This document shows positions 26,366 through 30,655 of a DNA stretch of 30,655 nucleotides, piece after piece. How positions within the stretch are numbered: position 1 is the first letter of the stretch; each line of letters begins with the position of its first letter. A program made the translations under genes and the position numbers. The notes under the pieces are model-generated. The model ran no database searches and had not been told where the DNA came from. It saw nothing but the letters and a program-made list of their open reading frames with translations. The DNA is from Pedosphaera sp. (GTDB lineage Bacteria > Verrucomicrobiota > Verrucomicrobiia > Limisphaerales > SIBH01). Location of the stretch: positions 1 through 30,655 of the forward strand of contig JANOQV010000033.1 of assembly GCA_031414955.1 (NCBI GenBank). The letters are read 5' to 3'.

Positions 26366-27034
26366 TTAAGGAGCCGCTGCTTTGGCCAGGTCGATCAGTT
26401 CGGCGGCGTTTCGGCTGGAGATGATCCGATAGAAGTGATCGAACCACACCATCGGTTCGTCGGAACTCGGCCGGATGAAATCCGGTTTGGCGCGGTTTAC
26501 GATGGCGACATGGAGCAGGTTCTCGTCGAACAGCTCCACTAGATTGATCTGGCGCGGCATCTCACCTGAACACAATGCCACCACCCGGGCGTGCCGGGCG
26601 GGCAGGCGCGGTTTCAGTTCTGGCGGCACCACGGCCGGCCCCAGGAGCGACACCACCACGTCGGATTCGGCATTGTACTTGTGCAGCAGGTCCACCAAAT
26701 CCCCGGCCGGCGCGCGCGGTGGGCGCAAGGGATCCAGCCGGACGGAATGAGTGGCACTCACCTGAACCTTTGCCTGGCGCAGCGTGGTGTGAAACGCCTT
26801 CACCTGCGCCTCGGCTCCGGGGTAATCGAACAAGGCCGTGTCCGGCACGAGGAGCACGATACGCCCGCCGCCGGCCGCCAGTTTGAGGGCCTGTTCCGCC
26901 AGCGCAGTGCCGATGCCGAGGTGCTCGCGCTGATCGAACTGGGGTGGGAGTTGCAGGAACCGAACACCCAGAAAAATCAGACACGCCGCCAGGAGGGCGA
27001 GCGAGACGATCACTTTGAGGCGCTGTTTCTGCAT
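26366..27034 (-). CDS. Hypothetical membrane-anchored protein
   Basis: N-terminal TM followed by an alpha/beta domain; ends 3 bp upstream of the prepilin-like gene. Confidence 0.75.
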   Translation of the reverse strand: MQKQRLKVIVSLALLAACLIFLGVRFLQLPPQFDQREHLGIGTALAEQALKLAAGGGRIVLLVPDTALFDYPGAEAQVKAFHTTLRQAKVQVSATHSVRLDPLRPPRAPAGDLVDLLHKYNAESDVVVSLLGPAVVPPELKPRLPARHARVVALCSGEMPRQINLVELFDENLLHVAIVNRAKPDFIRPSSDEPMVWFDHFYRIISSRNAAELIDLAKAAAP

Positions 27035-27141
27035 GTCTGGATTTGCGGACACAAACTACACTGCTGGCTCGTAATTGCGAACCCGGTTTCCGCCCGGCCC
27101 CGGTCGTGGATGAGGTCCGGACCAGCGCAGCGGAGGGAAGA

Positions 27142-27216
27142 TGGTGGACGCTGCAGGTTTCGAACCTGCGACCCCTACCGTGTGAAGGTAATGCTCTACC
27201 ACTGAGCTAAGCGTCC
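27142..27216 (-). tRNA. tRNA-Val (anticodon CAC)
   Basis: The reverse complement GGACGCTTAGCTCAGTGGTAGAGCATTACCTTCACACGGTAGGGGTCGCAGGTTCGAAACCTGCAGCGTCCACCA forms a full cloverleaf with encoded CCA. Confidence 0.97.
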
Positions 27217-27442
27217 ACGAACGGCGCACAAATTAGTCAGGCTCGATGGGATTTCAAGGATTTCCTTGGGCTGCTCCGATGGGGGCGTGTTTGCGCGCTC
27301 GTTACCCACACGGCTGGAGGGCCATCGCCGGTGGCAGGTTCGGCTCGACGCCGCTGTTCCAAGCCCGGCCTGATCGAAAGCGTCCCCGGCGTGGTCGCTC
27401 GGCCGGTGGGCTCCAACAACTCGCCCATCCATTCTCCGAAGT

Positions 27443-29194
27443 TCACCTTGGTGTCCGGCCCATCGCCCGGCGGATTTGCCCGAGCATGTCGCGCGCAATT
27501 TCATCGTTCGGATTCAACTGAAGCGCCTGCTCGAATTGGTCAGCGGCCGCAGGCAGATCACCTTGCTCGGCCAGCACCAGGCCCAGGTTGCCCCGTGCGC
27601 GTGCATGGCGGGGATTGATTTTCAAAGTCGTCTCGAAGGCCAGTCGCGCCTCCGCGAGTTGTTTCATGGCGCGCAGGCTTAGGCCGATGAAATAGTGCCC
27701 TTCATCCAGGTCGGGGCTGATCGCCACGGCCTGGCGCAGGTGTTCCAACGCCTGGGGGCCTCGGCCGGACATCGCGTAGGCCGAACCCAAGTCCACCAAC
27801 GCTTTCGCATCCTGCGGATTGCGCCGCAGCATCATCTCCGCATTCAGGATGCTGTCGCTCAGGAAGCGCGGCTGGAGCGCGCGTTCCAGGGTGGCCAAGT
27901 CCGCCCGGCTCTTCATCACCGAGAGCAGCCATAACTCGCCCATCTCATCCGTCGAGTTCATGCCGTAGCGCACCGGCTGCGGTGGGTGATTCGGATTGCG
28001 CACATTGTTCGTCGAGTTGTCGTAGGTGTATTCCATGACCAGCTTGGTGCCCTTGGGCAGTTGCAACGGCTGCGCGAATTGATAATCACCCTGCCAGTTG
28101 AAGTCCCACTCCTTGATGGCCATCAGCCACTGCCTCCGTCCGTCCGGCAACTCCGCGTAGCCCTTCATCTGGCGGCAGAGGTAGTGTGCGTGCGGCAGCA
28201 CGCCGCGAATTTCCACGTCGATGGGCAGCACGAACGAATCCGTGGCCGTGTGATTCGAGACCCCGGCCGGGATGTCGAGGGAGTAGGAATTGAGCGGCAG
28301 TTTGAACGCGATGGCCGTGCCTGGTTCGTCGGTGAAATAAACCGCCACCTCGGGCGCGACCAACTCCTCCTTGCCGATGGACTGCAAATGGAGTTGCAAC
28401 ACCAGCACCGTGTTCGATTCCACGGGCCACGCCAGATCGCTGGGGTAAAAGCGCGGCGTCTTGCCCGGCTGCCAGCTCGCGAACGTGACCGGACTTTCCG
28501 CCGATTTGGGCGTGTGTAAACCGTAGAAGCCCGGCTGGCCGTCTTGGCCATCCAGTGCCAGCACTTCGCCTGTTTTATCAAAGCGCAGGAACGCGTGATG
28601 CACGGCGCGACTGTTCGGCCGGAATTCCAGCCCGCGCACGTAGCGTCGGGCTTTCACCGGAATGGGCACGAGCAGGTTCCGGTAAACATCGCCGCCCTCT
28701 GCGCCCAGTTTGAAAGGTGTGCCGGGCTGCAACACCAGATCCGGTTCGCCCAGATGCCAGCGGGATTTCCACTCCGGCAGGGGCGGCAGATCTGCGACCC
28801 TTCCTTCAACTGCGCCTTCCGCCGCCCATTGTTCAATCAAGCCGAGTTGCTCCGCGTTGAGCCGCCGCTCACCCACGAAGTGAACCACGGCCGGGTCCGG
28901 CAACCACGGCGGCATGACGCGGCGCTGGGTCACCTCCACGATAAACTTGGCGCGCTTCCGCACATCCTCGTACGTCAGCAAGTTGAATGGTGCCGACTCG
29001 CCGGCCCGATGACAGGGTGAGCAGTTCTGGAAAACAATCGGCGCGATTTCCTGGTTGAAGGTGATCGTGCCCTTCGGTCGCGGGACATAGACCTCGCCAT
29101 CGCCTCCCCCAGGTTTCCGGCACCCGAGCAGGGTGAAGCCAGCCAGGGCGATCAAAACTGTTTGTGCCGCGAGAATGTTCAGGGCCGCGACCAT
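27443..29194 (-). CDS. Lipoprotein with c-type heme motif, copper type II monooxygenase-like domains and C-terminal TPRs
   Basis: Lipobox-like LLGC, CSPCH, MPPW, VHHA, PHAHYL, WDFNWQ, YDNS, DEMG, then ~4 TPRs. Start uncertain (ATG 29194 or 29227); the longer ORF-track start overlaps the next gene. Confidence 0.85.
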   Translation of the reverse strand: MVAALNILAAQTVLIALAGFTLLGCRKPGGGDGEVYVPRPKGTITFNQEIAPIVFQNCSPCHRAGESAPFNLLTYEDVRKRAKFIVEVTQRRVMPPWLPDPAVVHFVGERRLNAEQLGLIEQWAAEGAVEGRVADLPPLPEWKSRWHLGEPDLVLQPGTPFKLGAEGGDVYRNLLVPIPVKARRYVRGLEFRPNSRAVHHAFLRFDKTGEVLALDGQDGQPGFYGLHTPKSAESPVTFASWQPGKTPRFYPSDLAWPVESNTVLVLQLHLQSIGKEELVAPEVAVYFTDEPGTAIAFKLPLNSYSLDIPAGVSNHTATDSFVLPIDVEIRGVLPHAHYLCRQMKGYAELPDGRRQWLMAIKEWDFNWQGDYQFAQPLQLPKGTKLVMEYTYDNSTNNVRNPNHPPQPVRYGMNSTDEMGELWLLSVMKSRADLATLERALQPRFLSDSILNAEMMLRRNPQDAKALVDLGSAYAMSGRGPQALEHLRQAVAISPDLDEGHYFIGLSLRAMKQLAEARLAFETTLKINPRHARARGNLGLVLAEQGDLPAAADQFEQALQLNPNDEIARDMLGQIRRAMGRTPR

Positions 29195-29438
29195 AGACCC
29201 GTTGTCCTCCAAGTGCAACGCGCGCATGTCGGCGTGTCGGCGCGAGGAAAATGACTTTGCTCTGCGGACGACCCACCGGCTCTCGGTCTCCTGAGTCCGC
29301 TCGTAATTTGCCTGGTCACGCGCCGGCGCTTCGACCTCGGTGCCTTCCGTGCGCGCATCAAATCTGCGGGTCGCCCAATTCAAAACTAATCGGCCCTCGG
29401 TGAAAGAGCGGCGCGCTTCCGCGAACCTGCGACGTAGA

Positions 29439-30161
29439 TCAAGGAAGCAGTTTCGCCGAGGAGAGCAGCGGCCGCGCCAGCCGGTCGTCATCCCACGAGA
29501 GCAACCGCTCGGACAAATCATTGAGCGCCTTCCGCGCCGTGCCAAAGCGCTCGCCCAGCGTGTCGAACACGCCGGCCAGATCGTAACGCTGGGCCAGCCG
29601 GTGATCGCTGGCCGCACGAAAGCTCGCCTGCCCCAGGCCTTCATAGTAGCTCAGGTTCGGAAAGCCCCGCTGCTCCGCCCGCCCGCGGATGCGGTCGGGG
29701 AAAACCCCGGTGATGAACAAGGCGTGGTTCCCGATGTGGGCGCGCAGTTCGAAACTGTTGCGGTCATCGGCGCGCTGCAAGGCGATCAGCATCTCGAAGA
29801 AATAGTTCAACGGCGCGGCCTCGCCGGGCACGCGGCAGTGGGTGCGCTCGATGTTGGAATATTCGGAGAGAATCTCCGCCACGTAATCCGCCACGACCCG
29901 GTCATCAATGCCGGCGCGGCGCAGGACGTTGCGCACCAGAACATAGAAATACAGATGCGACGAGATGGTGAGACAACCGCGATTCTCCAACAGGGCGTGA
30001 AGCAAACCTTCATCATCCAGGATCGAGTCCCGGCTGTCGGAGTCGTCGAGGAGCCGCGTGACGCATTCCAGGTCGCCGGTCTTGCGGCGCAGATTGGCGG
30101 CGATGAATTCAAGATCGGCGGCGGTGAACTGCACCCGACAATTCGGTTGAATGACCTTCAT
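29439..30161 (-). CDS. Hypothetical protein
   Basis: 240-aa ORF with helical, protein-like sequence (HLYFYVLVRNVL, HIGNHALFITGVFPD, YYEGLGQASF); function unknown. Confidence 0.85.
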   Translation of the reverse strand: MKVIQPNCRVQFTAADLEFIAANLRRKTGDLECVTRLLDDSDSRDSILDDEGLLHALLENRGCLTISSHLYFYVLVRNVLRRAGIDDRVVADYVAEILSEYSNIERTHCRVPGEAAPLNYFFEMLIALQRADDRNSFELRAHIGNHALFITGVFPDRIRGRAEQRGFPNLSYYEGLGQASFRAASDHRLAQRYDLAGVFDTLGERFGTARKALNDLSERLLSWDDDRLARPLLSSAKLLP

Positions 30162-30364
30162 ACGGTTTTGCTTCCTTGGTGTGCCTTCCTATATGTCGGC
30201 CGTTTTGCGGGCAATTCAAGTTGCCCGGAGCAGGGGCGATCCGGCCGGGGTGGGCATGGACCGTTTCCACCCCCACCGCTGTGATCTGCCGATACACCCC
30301 GCCGGCGGCCGGCATAAATTCCACTTTCCAGCATGAGTAATTGTCGCAAAACTCACTTCAACCC

Positions 30365-30538
30365 ATGCAGCAAGTTCTGATGATTATTGGCGACGCGTCG
30401 GAGACGGTAGACACGCTCTATCCGTTTTACCGGCTGATCGAGGGAGGGTACCAGCCCGTGGTGGCCGCGCCGGAGAAGCGCCGTTATCACATGGTCATGC
30501 ACGAACCACGATCACGGTCATTATATGAGCCGGTCTGA
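30365..30538 (+). pseudogene. Truncated DJ-1/PfpI family gene (N-terminal ~47 codons)
   Basis: MQQVLMIIGDASETVDTLYPFYRLIEGGYQPVVAAPEK is a PfpI-type N-terminus. Similarity stops after MVMHE (30505) and a stop follows; the catalytic Cys region is absent. Confidence 0.7.
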
Positions 30539-30575
30539 AAAGTCACTGGGGCAGCGAAAGGTGCCCGCCCCGGAG

Positions 30576-30595
30576 TGCGCCCGTCCTCGGGCGCA
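30576..30595. repeat. Perfect 8-bp GC-rich hairpin (REP/MITE-like)
   Basis: TGCGCCCG-TCCT-CGGGCGCA. Confidence 0.55.
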
Positions 30596-30655
30596 GCAAG
30601 GTGCGAACCTCAGCGGGTCTGGGTTTTCCCGACGCGCTCCACGTCATCACGTGGC

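Noticed and set aside
22864..27216. Genomic island integrated at tRNA-Val
   Set aside because: No integrase next to the tRNA and no duplicated tRNA-Val 3' end noticed in the window.
30575..30655. Group II intron 5' end (GTGCGCCCG)
   Set aside because: The motif is one arm of a short perfect hairpin, lies ~70 bp from the PfpI breakpoint, and no intron domains or RT gene are visible.
1..30655. CRISPR array, rRNA, transposase or integrase gene
   Set aside because: No regularly spaced repeat-spacer units and no recognisable motifs for these were seen.

Overview
GC-rich bacterial window. The gene content (prepilin/H-X9-DG proteins, solo CII-family regulator, PKD/YVTN and Fn3-like secreted proteins, ECF/FecR pair) suggests Verrucomicrobiota; this is an inference. 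The left ~8.2 kb holds a PKD + YVTN beta-propeller gene (partial, absent from the ORF track), a FecR/ECF sigma pair, pirin, a YcaC-like hydrolase with an in-frame TAG, a LysR regulator, a GIY-YIG nuclease, a TPR protein and a hypothetical. This block ends at a tRNA-Gly 3' fragment (8217-8244) flanked by short direct repeats, which looks like an integrative-element junction and can fold into a D-armless tRNA-like structure. An Rhs/YD remnant follows, then purM and purD, separated by two membrane-protein genes and an unusual methyltransferase-like/Ser-Thr kinase fusion. The remainder contains a CII-family regulator, a His-rich DUF2500-like protein, nnr, adk, fmt, an LPS kinase, two prepilin-type genes flanking a large phosphodiester-glycosidase/Fn3 protein, tRNA-Val(CAC), a heme c/copper-monooxygenase-like/TPR lipoprotein and a truncated DJ-1/PfpI gene. 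No CRISPR array, rRNA, integrase or transposase gene was seen. All family assignments come from motif recognition by eye, not from database searches.
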